From Candidatus Latescibacterota bacterium (lineage in GTDB: Bacteria; Latescibacterota; UBA2968; GCA-2709665), in NCBI GenBank assembly GCA_965116875.1, contig OZ220733.1, positions 5,344,001-5,408,000 on the forward strand: a stretch of DNA of 64,000 bases. The letters are read 5' to 3'. The position numbers and the translations under genes are program-made. The notes below the pieces were generated by a model. The model made no database searches, had not been told where the DNA came from, and saw only the letters and a program-made list of their open reading frames with translations. Each line of letters opens with the position of its first letter. Position 1 is the stretch's first letter. Shown one piece after another: positions 19,952 through 30,321 of this stretch.

Positions 19952-20740
19952 TCAGCCCGACAAGGGCGTTATGACTGTTTCATTATTGATTCTATCAATT
20001 TCGCAGAACAATAACTCCTCCTCAGTGTATGAAGCTCTCACCAGAATCCGTCCCGAAGCATCACAAATGATTGTACTTCCCAATATGCGATCTTCAGCCA
20101 TCGCACTAATCTGAGCGACATAATTTGACTGAATCACGGGAACACCAAACGTCTGAGATATCGTCCGGGCTCCGTCGCCGCATCCGTCCTTGGTAATGCG
20201 CCCGTCCGAATCTATGGTACTTGTCGATACCGATGGCCATAAGATCACATCGCTATCCTCGATGCCTCTACCCTTCACTCGACCAAGAAAGCTCGACTCC
20301 GCGCAGAAAACAGAACCGAAGCGAAATGGACCAATTCGGATGGGCGAACGATCTTCCGCCTCAACAAATGCCCATACCTTCTTCCAGCCTTCAACGAGAA
20401 AAGTCCTGGCTCCCCCTAATGCGTGTGCCTTTCCGGGCTTGAGCAGCAACAACGCATTGAGATAGCCCTTTCCCGATGTATACGGCGCCCCGATGAGGGT
20501 TCTGACATTTATTTTGCAAGCAACATCGTCTAATTCCGCTATCGCATTCTCGACGTACTGATACCAATTGGGTTCTCCAAAAAAGCTGTGCAGGTGGAAA
20601 TCATAGCCTACAAGCATCATCTCCGGAAAGACAATTAACTCTGCATTGTGCTCCGATGCTTTCTTCATCCATCTTTTAATAGTAGCAACATTTTCGTCTA
20701 TGGTCGCTGACATCACCGGCTGGACTGAGCAGACCTTCAT
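19952..20740 (-). CDS. Carbon-nitrogen hydrolase (nitrilase superfamily)
   Basis: LIVFPEM..GY and GSVFCAE motifs; start ATG 20740. Confidence 0.82.
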   Translation of the reverse strand: MKVCSVQPVMSATIDENVATIKRWMKKASEHNAELIVFPEMMLVGYDFHLHSFFGEPNWYQYVENAIAELDDVACKINVRTLIGAPYTSGKGYLNALLLLKPGKAHALGGARTFLVEGWKKVWAFVEAEDRSPIRIGPFRFGSVFCAESSFLGRVKGRGIEDSDVILWPSVSTSTIDSDGRITKDGCGDGARTISQTFGVPVIQSNYVAQISAMAEDRILGSTIICDASGRILVRASYTEEELLFCEIDRINNETVITPLSG

Positions 20741-20828
20741 TTGTACACCACCATATGGAAGTATTCCAATATCCCCTAACGATCTTGCTGCCTCCGACCG
20801 GGCGCAGACGGCCTGTACACGCACTTGG

Positions 20829-21650
20829 CTATACTGCGTTTACGATCTCACTGTAGCCGGCCGTCACGTGTCTCTCGAAGGCGGAACTGAGCCGTTCCGA
20901 ATCCCACAATGCGCCTCGTCTCCGGATGGAGTCCACGAGGACTGCCGAGAAACCGTAGCAGATGTAATTCCGGAATTCACCGACGTCGGTGTTGATGAAA
21001 CCGGCATCCCTCAAGCCGCGGAAGATCCGGGCAGCCGGCCAGACGGGATTGTGAAGCAGGATTCCGGCCAGGATCGCTCTGGTTCCAATAAACGCCTGCT
21101 CGAAGTCGATGAATCTGTGGATCCTGCCGTTCAGGAGGAAGACGTTTTCGACATTCCAATCGAGCTTGATCAGGAGTTCCGTATCAGGCTCGATCCTTGA
21201 AACCGAACCGCGAAGATCGGCTATGATCGGGTTCTCATCGTACCTGGAGTACAACCATTCCAGTCGTTCAAGCACCAACGCAAGGTTCTCCTCCGCGCCC
21301 AGCCCATCGTAGTACTCCGCTCTGGTTCTGCCGCCTATGCCGGCTGAGACCTCGAAGAGTTCCATCAATTTCCGAATGTAGTCTTCCGCAAGCGACTCCA
21401 TCTCCTCGCACTTGAGGGGCAGGACGTCTGCAAGTCTCTGGCCTTCAACCTTTTCGATCGTGATGTGTTTATCCTGCGCGTATCCCACAAGTCTCGGAAT
21501 CAGTCCGGATTCGGCATAGTGCGTGTAGAATCCAATCTCCCTGCGATACTTTTCCGCGGATACTCCACTCTCGTTGTACGTCTTCCTGACCCCGCTCCCG
21601 TCCGGAAGAACATCGATCCTGCTCTTCCTTCCCTGCCGAAATTCCTGCAT
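20829..21650 (-). CDS. Kinase-like (APH-like) hypothetical protein
   Basis: VRKTY, REIGFY, KLDWNVENV, FIDFE resemble kinase-fold motifs. Confidence 0.6.
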   Translation of the reverse strand: MQEFRQGRKSRIDVLPDGSGVRKTYNESGVSAEKYRREIGFYTHYAESGLIPRLVGYAQDKHITIEKVEGQRLADVLPLKCEEMESLAEDYIRKLMELFEVSAGIGGRTRAEYYDGLGAEENLALVLERLEWLYSRYDENPIIADLRGSVSRIEPDTELLIKLDWNVENVFLLNGRIHRFIDFEQAFIGTRAILAGILLHNPVWPAARIFRGLRDAGFINTDVGEFRNYICYGFSAVLVDSIRRRGALWDSERLSSAFERHVTAGYSEIVNAV

Positions 21651-21821
21651 TGAGTTGTACCCGGGTGTAGGCAGCTCACGCTAAGTGCTCGTCGAATCAG
21701 GCGGCGCGAATTCTGAAGACATTCTTATGTTCTAAGGAGCCCGGACAACTCAGAAAAAGCGGACGCGTCAGCTGAAGTTCAGGTCTGAGACGTGGCGAAC
21801 GCGCAGGTTCCGGAGTTGCGA

Positions 21822-22676
21822 TCACAAGATTTCAATGACCCGGTCAAATCTGTCATGAATTTCCCCCGTCTCTACGAGTTCGAGACTCGCCTTTGCCCAC
21901 GAAGGAAACCCGGGCCGTCGAAATGCCTCTACGAGAGCACACAGCGGCGCGACCAGATCGTCCAGAACTTCCTCCCGGGGATCCGTCTCGCCGTATGAGG
22001 ACCGGAATGCATCCGCGGCGTCTGGCCCAAGAGAACCGGTTACGTTTCTATAATCAGAATACCGCATACCCAACCCGAGCAGGTGATAGTCGAACACAAC
22101 GGCTCGGATCGGCTTCCCGTCCCGCGACAAAGCCAGATTCGTCCAGTGAAAGTCATTGTAGGTCAAGGTCTCCTCGGAAGCCATCACCGCGTATCTGACA
22201 CTCTCGATGTTGTCGGCAAGTGTGAACCACTTCGATGAATCTGATTCACTGACCCTGGTGGCAACTTCCAGGATCGAAGCGCGAGTCAACGCATCGATCT
22301 CACGCCACAAGAACGAAGATCGGGGATCGTCTCCCAACCGCACTGTCGAGCCTGCATTGTGAAGGTTGCGATACCATTGCGCCAGAGCGACACCGCCTTC
22401 AGCTTTCTCTATATCTCCCTCATGGGCAAGTTTCAGATACTTGCTGACGTCAAGATCCTCAAGGAGTAGCGCATCATCCGTCCTCGCAATGACACGGAGG
22501 GTGGGAACTCCAAGATCCTTGAGGAGCGAGTACGCCAATACTTCCCTCGCAGGCTCCGGATCTGCGAATTCCTTGAGGATATACGAGGAACCTTCAAGAG
22601 TGATCCTTAGTAATCGCTTCCCCTGTCTTTCCCGGATTTTCCTGGCATCTCCGAGAAGACAGGTATCAAACCCCAT
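21822..22676 (-). CDS. APH-family phosphotransferase
   Basis: YILK, LLLEDL, TYNDFHWTNL, VFDY; true start may lie ~40 nt upstream. Confidence 0.8.
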   Translation of the reverse strand: MGFDTCLLGDARKIRERQGKRLLRITLEGSSYILKEFADPEPAREVLAYSLLKDLGVPTLRVIARTDDALLLEDLDVSKYLKLAHEGDIEKAEGGVALAQWYRNLHNAGSTVRLGDDPRSSFLWREIDALTRASILEVATRVSESDSSKWFTLADNIESVRYAVMASEETLTYNDFHWTNLALSRDGKPIRAVVFDYHLLGLGMRYSDYRNVTGSLGPDAADAFRSSYGETDPREEVLDDLVAPLCALVEAFRRPGFPSWAKASLELVETGEIHDRFDRVIEIL

Positions 22677-22793
22677 CTTCTCCAGGGTGGCGCGCGCGAT
22701 TTCATCGGAGTTCGTCAGATCGTCGCTCCCGAGGCGTCGTTTGAGAGACGCAGACCGCAGCCGGGTTTCAACCCTATACAGCGGGGTGCGCCG

Positions 22794-23744
22794 CTACTTC
22801 GATGCGGTCGTATCGTAGCCGGCCAATTCATCCAGCAACTCGGCAGCAGTCTGCTGGCTGCCCTCGATAAAAACAGCGGCCATCGCGCCACGGCCGTGGA
22901 TTGCGTGCAGCAGACTGTCGATCTCTATCATCTTCGCCTGCGAAGTCTTCGCGGTTTTCCAATGCGATACAAACGCACGAATCCCGGATGTATTCCCGGT
23001 GCGTATGTTTGCGTCGCTGTGTTCTCGTCGCCACGTGTGCCAGGTGAAGCTGTGGCCGCATTCGCTGCACTCCAGATGTTCGTCCTTCCTTCTCAGCATC
23101 CTGGCAAATGCGCGCCAGGGGCGTTCGTAACGGCAGTGAGCGCATCTGAATTTTCCCTCGCCGCGTGCGCCCGATTTGCCGCACCTGGGACACGTCAACT
23201 CACCCGATTCGCCTTCAGATGTTGCCTGATTCGGCTTCGGGCTGTCTCGCTTTGGACGCCGGATGATATCTCCGCAATGCGGGCATGGAAGTCTGGTCTG
23301 CCGCTTGGGTGACTTGCTGTACGCATTCCAATTCCACTCCCCATTACATTGAGTACACGACAGCGTGTTCGAGGAATAGTGCCATTTCAACGGGTCCCAG
23401 CAGCGGAGGCACCTGGGCTTCTTCGTCAGCGGACTCGCACATTCCGGCCACGAAGTGGTTCGGCCGCAGGACGGACATGGAAACCGCCGGGTTCGTGCTT
23501 CCTCGGCTCTCCTCGTGTGAAGCTGCCGGCCGCGTATTGAGCGATGGACAATGGACCGGCATTTGTCACACGTAACTTCGCCTCGGAGCGCGCGTTGAAA
23601 CGCCAGTACATCCTGCCCGCGGGCAAAGAGCCCCCAACCAACCTCGAGGAGCAGGTCATCGTCGTAGATGCCCTGCCGGTCCAGCATATACAACCGGCGA
23701 ATTCGCCAAGGTTTCACGCGTTCAGAGGTCATTTTCGTTGACAT
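22794..23744 (-). CDS. Hypothetical protein with eight CxxC zinc-ribbon motifs
   Basis: CDKC, CPSC, CLRC, CTQC, CPHC, CPRC, CAHC, CSEC; start moved to ATG 23744 to avoid overlap with the VOC gene. Confidence 0.75.
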   Translation of the reverse strand: MSTKMTSERVKPWRIRRLYMLDRQGIYDDDLLLEVGWGLFARGQDVLAFQRALRGEVTCDKCRSIVHRSIRGRQLHTRRAEEARTRRFPCPSCGRTTSWPECASPLTKKPRCLRCWDPLKWHYSSNTLSCTQCNGEWNWNAYSKSPKRQTRLPCPHCGDIIRRPKRDSPKPNQATSEGESGELTCPRCGKSGARGEGKFRCAHCRYERPWRAFARMLRRKDEHLECSECGHSFTWHTWRREHSDANIRTGNTSGIRAFVSHWKTAKTSQAKMIEIDSLLHAIHGRGAMAAVFIEGSQQTAAELLDELAGYDTTASK

Positions 23745-23758
23745 CGTTCGCGTCCATT

Positions 23759-24130
23759 CTAAACCTGCACATTGGCATAGAAGTTGACGATGTTCCGGTC
23801 CGGGTCCCGAAACCAGACGGACCGTCGTCCCCACGGCTGGGTTGTGGGCGGTTTGACAACCTCGACATTCATGGCCGTCAGGCGTTCGAATTCGAGGTCG
23901 ACGTCTTCTACTTCGAACTCGATCGTATACTTGCCGTTTCCGGACCCCTCCAGGCATCCAGGCGCTGCTTTCTCCGTGCGTTCCGATGAATAGACCGACA
24001 ATTCCGCTCCCTCCATCGGGATAATCTCGAAGATATTCGCTTCTTCAGGTTCAAGCTTCAAGATTTCCCTGTAGAAGGCGCACAGTCGAGGCACATTTTC
24101 TGTAACGATACAAATGCCGTTGAATCGCAT
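23759..24130 (-). CDS. VOC/glyoxalase family protein
   Basis: IEFEVEDVD...PTTQPWGRRSVWFRDPDRNIV. Confidence 0.9.
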   Translation of the reverse strand: MRFNGICIVTENVPRLCAFYREILKLEPEEANIFEIIPMEGAELSVYSSERTEKAAPGCLEGSGNGKYTIEFEVEDVDLEFERLTAMNVEVVKPPTTQPWGRRSVWFRDPDRNIVNFYANVQV

Positions 24131-24207
24131 CGCGAACCTCCGTCAAACATCTCATATCAGGGGCGTGGCGCGGACGTGCCCGCCAATGAATGGTAAATTC
24201 TGATTGT

Positions 24208-25050
24208 TCACCGGTCGATCTCCGGTCCCCAATCGGGTGCAAAGTCGTTGGCAGGACTGTTGGACAGGTTGATCAGGTTCCCGCCGTCGAAATCGACTCG
24301 ATAAATCTGCTGGCGGCCGTCTTCTTTTGCCGTGAAGACCATCTGATGACCGTTCGGAGACCATGAGACCTCGCCAACACCACCCTCGAGATTCGTGAGG
24401 CGTCTGGCGCCTGTCCCGTCCGCTTTCATCACGTATACCTGCGTTTCACCGTCCCGGTCCGATTTGAAGGCAATCCACCTGCCGTCCGGCGACCAGGCAG
24501 GATCGTCGTCGTCGCCGTGCGAAACGTGGAGTCGTCGCTGCCGGCTGCCATCTGGGTCCATCGCGTAGATCTGCGATTTGCCGTCACGGTCCGAGGTGAA
24601 CGCAATCCGGGAGCCGTCGGGAGACCAGGTCGACTCAAGTTCTCGCGCCGGATGATTGGTCAGGTTTCGCTGGTTGGAGCCGTCACGGTTCATCGCGTAG
24701 ATTTCGACGTTGTCATCGCGACCCGTGGTAAAGATGAGCGTCTGCCCGTCCGGCGACCAGTGCGGACGTAGATCCGGAGCCGAATTGTGAGTCAGTCGTC
24801 TCGGTCGACCCCCATCGGCATCGATCAGGTAAATCTCGCCTTTGCCGTGACGCCGGTCGCAGTACGCAATCCTCTTACCGTCGGGCGACCATCGCGGGTG
24901 ATCCTCCTCCCATTCCGGGGTGCGGGTAATGTTCGTCTGATTGCTTCCGTCCGCATCCATAACGAAGAGATCGAAGGTCCCATCCCGATCGCTGACAAAC
25001 GTGATCTTCGAAGATTTCAGAGATGTTCTCTTTCGGATGATCAGTGTGAC
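24208..25050 (-). CDS. TolB-like protein with PD40 repeats
   Basis: Repeated WSPDG..IAF.SDRDG...IY.M; start uncertain (ORF open to 25227). Confidence 0.85.
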   Translation of the reverse strand, partial: VTLIIRKRTSLKSSKITFVSDRDGTFDLFVMDADGSNQTNITRTPEWEEDHPRWSPDGKRIAYCDRRHGKGEIYLIDADGGRPRRLTHNSAPDLRPHWSPDGQTLIFTTGRDDNVEIYAMNRDGSNQRNLTNHPARELESTWSPDGSRIAFTSDRDGKSQIYAMDPDGSRQRRLHVSHGDDDDPAWSPDGRWIAFKSDRDGETQVYVMKADGTGARRLTNLEGGVGEVSWSPNGHQMVFTAKEDGRQQIYRVDFDGGNLINLSNSPANDFAPDWGPEIDR

Positions 25051-25337
25051 ATTGCGACGCGTAAAACGTCCCGGTTGGTCCGTCCGCGCGCCCGCCGCGT
25101 TTATTGCGGAATGGTGATGGGTTTCAATTGGAGAGTGATCCAAGGTGAATGAATCACGAAGACCGGTGGTTGTGTCATATAACCGGTTGCATTCCAATAA
25201 ACTCAGCGCAGTCTTGTACGACAGCACCTAAAGAAACATGGAATCTGATGGGTCAGTGTGATGTTGCGCGGACTACAGAGAAAAGGATTCATCGCTTTAG
25301 TCACGAAAAGAGAACATCTGATTTGCTCTTGCCTTCG

Positions 25338-25395
25338 AATCCTGCTTAATCCGGTTCATCCTGGTCGGTTTTTATCCTGTCTATCCTGTCCATCC
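25338..25395. repeat. Degenerate 9-10-bp ATCCTG tandem repeats
   Basis: aatcctgcttaatccggttcatcctg and tatcctgtctatcctgtccatcc. Confidence 0.6.
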
Positions 25396-25448
25396 ATGTA
25401 AGTTCGGGTTTTTGAATTTGAGAGGATAAGTCATTGGAGAAAAAGAAT

Positions 25449-26129
25449 CTATGCCTCGTATTTCCTCAGCACGAGAAGCTCGTCTTCCATTGAAGCTTCA
25501 AGGGTAAAGTTGAAGCGGTCGACGTCGAGGCACATTTCGACGTCTCTCGTATTTATCCCAGGGTAGCCCTCTGCCGCTGCCTGACGGATATCGACCGCCG
25601 CTTTGGATTCGGATGCCCTCCGGATATATGGGGCGGGATCGGCATCGGGATTTCGAACGAGAGCATCGATGTATTCGGCGCACGCGAGATCCTCTTCAGC
25701 CGTTCCGTCCTCGCCCGTCACGACAAAGTTCAATTCATCGGGGGCTAAATCGCGCAATCTCCGGGCGACAGCCGACGCGCAGACGAATCCCGTGCAAATG
25801 AGTGGTTTGCAATGACGTACGGCGACCGCCCCGATCGTCCCGGCGGTGGTCCGCTGCACGATGGTTTTGCCCCGGATGTCCGCGTCCTGCAGGTCCGCGG
25901 GTGAATTGTACAGATCGAAACCCTCTGCCGGCGCCCCATCTTTCAACGCGAGGGATCCCGGTAACCCTGACTTGAGCTCCAGGGCGACATCAAGGTCGTC
26001 AACCAGAATCATCCGGGACACATCCAGATGCATCGCCCAGGCGGCAACGGTATACGCCCTCATCACGTCGATAACCACCGCTGCGCCCGATACGGATTTG
26101 CACTCGGTGATACCTATGAACTTTGCCAT
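25449..26129 (-). CDS. 2-phosphosulfolactate phosphatase (ComB) family
   Basis: VVIDVMRAYT, NSP, TTAGT, EDLACA. Confidence 0.88.
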   Translation of the reverse strand: MAKFIGITECKSVSGAAVVIDVMRAYTVAAWAMHLDVSRMILVDDLDVALELKSGLPGSLALKDGAPAEGFDLYNSPADLQDADIRGKTIVQRTTAGTIGAVAVRHCKPLICTGFVCASAVARRLRDLAPDELNFVVTGEDGTAEEDLACAEYIDALVRNPDADPAPYIRRASESKAAVDIRQAAAEGYPGINTRDVEMCLDVDRFNFTLEASMEDELLVLRKYEA

Positions 26130-26141
26130 GAAACTGTCACC

Positions 26142-27038
26142 TCATTGAACGTGTTCAGGATATGGATTATCGCAAAGTCTGACACCGCCTACCCAGCATA
26201 CGTGGTGCGTGGTTTCGATCTCACCGGACGAGGTCGAGTTGCGTTCAGCGAACAGCTTCAACCGAGGGTCATCAAAACGCGGAAGCGATCCTCCACCCCA
26301 GGCCCAGATGGAACATTGGAACTGCAGCCACTCGTAGACGTCCGGATAGATTCGCTTTTCGATTACGTCGGCTGCGAATCGAATGCCCACACCGTTCCTT
26401 TCCATTGCAACCCGCATCTGGTCCTGAACGGTTATCGTCTGGGACAGCCGCGAATGATCGCCGAAGACTTCGCGCACCTCCTGATGGTGCAGCTCACCGA
26501 TCAATTCGCAGAAGACGAGGCCGCCAGGTTTCAGGACCCGGAGGGCGGCCTGCACACCGAAGCTGTCGTATCCGATCGGCGAACGTTCTGAGTAGACGAA
26601 GTCGAACGACTCAGGCTCCAGGGCATTGCCTTCCGCAAGGAAGTCGAGAAGTCTGAATTCCACGTTCCGGACCTGTCTCGTCTCACGTTCTTTTTCAGCC
26701 AATTCGATGTGTGTGCGGTCGCTGTCTATGCCGAGCGCCGAGCCAATGCGATCAGCATTCTGCAATAGCGTCGCACCATTCCCGCAACCGATGTCCAGCA
26801 CCCGCATCTCCGTGTCAAACTGCGAAGCAATTATCTCCCCCGTCCGAGGGGCGATATTTCCGTCGGTGCGGTACTTCGCCGGTTTTGAGCCGTAGTAGGA
26901 ATGGTCCTGATTCAGGATTGACTTCAGGCGTTTGCGGTCGATTTCCACAGATCGGGTCTCCACTCTCCTGGCACTGAACGGAAGCGGGGGGACGGTGCAA
27001 GGCGTCGGCAGCACGCCAAACGAGAATGACCTGATCAA
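26142..27038 (-). CDS. Class I SAM-dependent methyltransferase
   Basis: VLDIGCGNG, FDFVY, RVLKPGG; start uncertain. Confidence 0.85.
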   Translation of the reverse strand: MIRSFSFGVLPTPCTVPPLPFSARRVETRSVEIDRKRLKSILNQDHSYYGSKPAKYRTDGNIAPRTGEIIASQFDTEMRVLDIGCGNGATLLQNADRIGSALGIDSDRTHIELAEKERETRQVRNVEFRLLDFLAEGNALEPESFDFVYSERSPIGYDSFGVQAALRVLKPGGLVFCELIGELHHQEVREVFGDHSRLSQTITVQDQMRVAMERNGVGIRFAADVIEKRIYPDVYEWLQFQCSIWAWGGGSLPRFDDPRLKLFAERNSTSSGEIETTHHVCWVGGVRLCDNPYPEHVQ

Positions 27039-27043
27039 GACAT

Positions 27044-27700
27044 TCAGTTTCTAACGGCAAAGAAAAAGGGATGCACCTCTATCTGCCCATCTACGTCCGC
27101 ACGCCCGCCTCCCACAATCCCTTCCTGTTCAACCTCAAACCCGGTTTCATGGAGAATCTTCCTGTACGTCTCAGGGCCAAAGTTGCTCCAGTACATGGTC
27201 TCGCCGTAGAAGTCGTCTTCAGTATATCCCGGTCCGTCGTCATACCTTGCAACTGTAATCAGAAGGAGGCCACCGGGCCGGAGCCACCTTGCGAATCGCT
27301 GAAATAGTTCCCGATGCTTCTGCCGCGGGATATGGAAGACGGAGTAATAGCCGACTATGGCATCAAAACTGCGATTTGGGAATTCGGTCTCCATAACGTC
27401 GGCGTGGATGAACCTGGCGGTAGGGATGTTTTTCCTGGCCATGGCGATCATGCTGGAAGAGATGTCGATCCCTGTAACTGAAAAATTATCAGCAAGTTCC
27501 TTCACAACGGGGACACCTGAGCCACAGCCGACGTCAAGAATCCTTGAACCCGGTTCCATGCGCTCCGCGATCAGGTTGAGTTCCGCCCCGGCCCTGGCGC
27601 TACGTTGGCTCGCATATTCCATCGCGCATCGGTCATAGGCCGCCCTGACAAACGCTCGATAATCGACCTGGGGATCGTCTGCAATCTTGAATGACATCAC
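27044..27700 (-). CDS. Class I SAM-dependent methyltransferase
   Basis: ILDVGCGSGVP, GIDIS, WLRPGG. Confidence 0.9.
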   Translation of the reverse strand: MMSFKIADDPQVDYRAFVRAAYDRCAMEYASQRSARAGAELNLIAERMEPGSRILDVGCGSGVPVVKELADNFSVTGIDISSSMIAMARKNIPTARFIHADVMETEFPNRSFDAIVGYYSVFHIPRQKHRELFQRFARWLRPGGLLLITVARYDDGPGYTEDDFYGETMYWSNFGPETYRKILHETGFEVEQEGIVGGGRADVDGQIEVHPFFFAVRN

Positions 27701-27847
27701 ACCTGCCTTAAAACGGATTTGATTGTCTATGAAAATCGTGAAGGTGCACGAAACATACGGATGGGAAAATGGTCCACAGCAATTGGCGAAACGAGTCGGT
27801 CCTGCCTTCGCTCTGAGAATTCCACGGTTTCTGGACAGCAGAGTCCA

Positions 27848-30229
27848 TTACTCTTCGCGAATGGCGTCTGCAGGATTCAGCCTGGCCGCCCGAAGGGTTT
27901 GTCCGGCGACAATGAATACTACGATCGACAACGCGAGCAACGTCGAATAGACAAACACATCGGCAGTCATCTGAATCCTGAAGGCGAAATCCTGCAGCCA
28001 TCGGGACATCACAAGATATGCGACAGGCCACGCCAGGAAACCGGCCAGGAGACCCATAGGCGCGAACTTTCTCAATTGCATCGCCACAACGCGCCATTTC
28101 GACGCACCCAGAACTCGACGAACGCCTATCTGCTTCGTGTCCCGTTCAACCGTCGATTTGACGAATCCCGCCAGACCCATTCCAGCCAACAACAGCGTGA
28201 TGCAGCCGCAGATGCCAACAATTCCCATCAACGCAGTTTCTTTTGCGCGCAGCCGTTCAAACCGATCTGCCAGGAATCCGCTATTTGATGGGAATGCCGT
28301 CCGGGGAGCAACTCGGGCCCACGTCTGACGAATCCAGTCTACGGCATCCTCTGTTCGTTCCGGATGGATTCTTGCCAATATGCCAGGGCCGCTTTCAACG
28401 AGGAAAATGCCAAGTGGTTCGACCGGATTTCTCGGTGACATAAAATGGAAATCCCTGACCACACCCACAACGGTTCGACGTTGCCTCCACCAGGTGATTT
28501 CCTCCCCGATCGGCGAATTCAGTCCCAGCAGTCTTGCGGCTGTTTCATTGAGCAGACAGGTGCGCAGGGTTTCATCCTGGACGGAAAAATCGCGTCCCTT
28601 TTCGATTTCAATGCCCAGGGTCTCCAGGTAGCGACGGCTCGCCGCGAGACTTCGAATGGATACATTGCCGGAGACGGAACGACCCCGTGCCGTGTAGCTT
28701 TGCAGATTTCCTCCCGGGATGCCGCCGGATGCAACATCGAGAATGGATGGAGATCGTTTCAACTCCCGCTCGATCGTCAGCCGTTGGGAAGCCGACAGTC
28801 CCGGAGTCGAAAAATAGAAGACCTGCTCGGGCGACAGACCCAGGCTCCTTTTGTCGATGTGATTCAACTGCAGGAATACGATTGACGCGCCAATCAGCAG
28901 AAACGTGGAAGCTGCAAATTGAAACACGAACAGGACGTTCCGGAGCCATGCCGCCGTGCTGAATTTCAACCAGCCCGCCGCAATTTGAGGCGGCTGTGCC
29001 CCGTGCAGCCAGAGAGCGGGAGACGTCCCAATCCCAACGAACAGAAAGAGGAGAAGCACGAAACACGTTGCCATTACGCCGGCAACCTGTTCAACCTCGT
29101 AGGATTGGACCGTGAGCGTGACGCGATTCAACCAGGGCAGACACAAGGTTGCGATTGCGACAGAGGCCAGCAGCGCCACTGTGACGATCAAGACTGAATC
29201 TGCCGCCATCTGAAAAACCGGTTCGGATCGCCTTGCCCCGAAAACCTTCCTTGCTCCGATTTCCCTCGAGCGGTCCTGAAATCGGACCGTGTTGAAATTC
29301 ACAACATTGGTACCGACGCCGACCAAAATGAAAAACACCAGGACTGCAGGGACGTAGATATAGATGGATCGGCTGCGGCTCACGTTCGCCGAGAACTGTT
29401 GATTTTGCGATGGGTCAAGATGGATATCCGTCAATGGCTGGAGAGAGAGCAGAAAGCGTTTGGCGTCTCGATTTCCGTAGAATCCCCGGATGAATTCGCG
29501 TTCCTGCGCAACAAAGTCACCGGGTGTATAGCCTTCATCAAGCAGCACGTACGTGTAGACGGACATCCAGCCCCTGGAATTGAGATAGGTCGGGAGATGG
29601 CTGGTAACAGTGTTCATTGAGAACAGATAGTCAAAGGAGATGTGCGAATTCCGTGGAACGTCCTTCAGGACACCGGTTACCGTCAAGAAATACGCTTTGC
29701 CCTTGAATTCCCCCGCTTTGATAACCTTGCCCACGGGATCGGAATCCCCGAACAGCCTTCTTGCCAGGGATTCTGCAATCACAATCGAAAAGGGCTTTGC
29801 GAGCGCATTCCGGACGTCTCCCCTGTCCAGTGGAAACGTGAAAATATCGAATATGTTGGCATCCACGCAAAAACCCGACGCGCGGATTTTACGGTCCTGG
29901 TACTCAACAACCCGGTTAAAGCGGAAAAACCGGACGTAGTCAAGGACAAAGGGAAATTCTTCAGCCAGACGCGGTCCCATGAACCACGCGGACTGATGCC
30001 AGATGCGTTCACCATTATCGAATTTCTGACGTACTGTCAGACGAAACATCCGTTCTGCATTCTTGTGAAACCGGTCATAGCTGCGTTCATTCTGCACGTA
30101 GATTGCGATCAATAATACGGCAGCGATACCTGCCGCCATCCCAGAGATGTTTACTATTGAAGCGACCTTGTGTCTCGAAAGACTGCGCCACGTAACGGCA
30201 AGGTTCGATTTCAACATTCTGTTGCTCAA
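27848..30229 (-). CDS. ABC transporter permease, MacB/FtsX-type (two repeats)
   Basis: SYDRFHKNAER, REIGARKVFGA, KQIGVRRVLGAS, AARLNPADAI. Confidence 0.9.
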   Translation of the reverse strand: MSNRMLKSNLAVTWRSLSRHKVASIVNISGMAAGIAAVLLIAIYVQNERSYDRFHKNAERMFRLTVRQKFDNGERIWHQSAWFMGPRLAEEFPFVLDYVRFFRFNRVVEYQDRKIRASGFCVDANIFDIFTFPLDRGDVRNALAKPFSIVIAESLARRLFGDSDPVGKVIKAGEFKGKAYFLTVTGVLKDVPRNSHISFDYLFSMNTVTSHLPTYLNSRGWMSVYTYVLLDEGYTPGDFVAQEREFIRGFYGNRDAKRFLLSLQPLTDIHLDPSQNQQFSANVSRSRSIYIYVPAVLVFFILVGVGTNVVNFNTVRFQDRSREIGARKVFGARRSEPVFQMAADSVLIVTVALLASVAIATLCLPWLNRVTLTVQSYEVEQVAGVMATCFVLLLFLFVGIGTSPALWLHGAQPPQIAAGWLKFSTAAWLRNVLFVFQFAASTFLLIGASIVFLQLNHIDKRSLGLSPEQVFYFSTPGLSASQRLTIERELKRSPSILDVASGGIPGGNLQSYTARGRSVSGNVSIRSLAASRRYLETLGIEIEKGRDFSVQDETLRTCLLNETAARLLGLNSPIGEEITWWRQRRTVVGVVRDFHFMSPRNPVEPLGIFLVESGPGILARIHPERTEDAVDWIRQTWARVAPRTAFPSNSGFLADRFERLRAKETALMGIVGICGCITLLLAGMGLAGFVKSTVERDTKQIGVRRVLGASKWRVVAMQLRKFAPMGLLAGFLAWPVAYLVMSRWLQDFAFRIQMTADVFVYSTLLALSIVVFIVAGQTLRAARLNPADAIREE

Positions 30230-30321
30230 TCGAAAGTGGCAATGCCGGGACTTCGCACTCGCCGAACGCTTCTGTCATTTCGAGAGTCGGATTTTCGGTG
30301 GTCGATCCCGAGGGCTGAATG

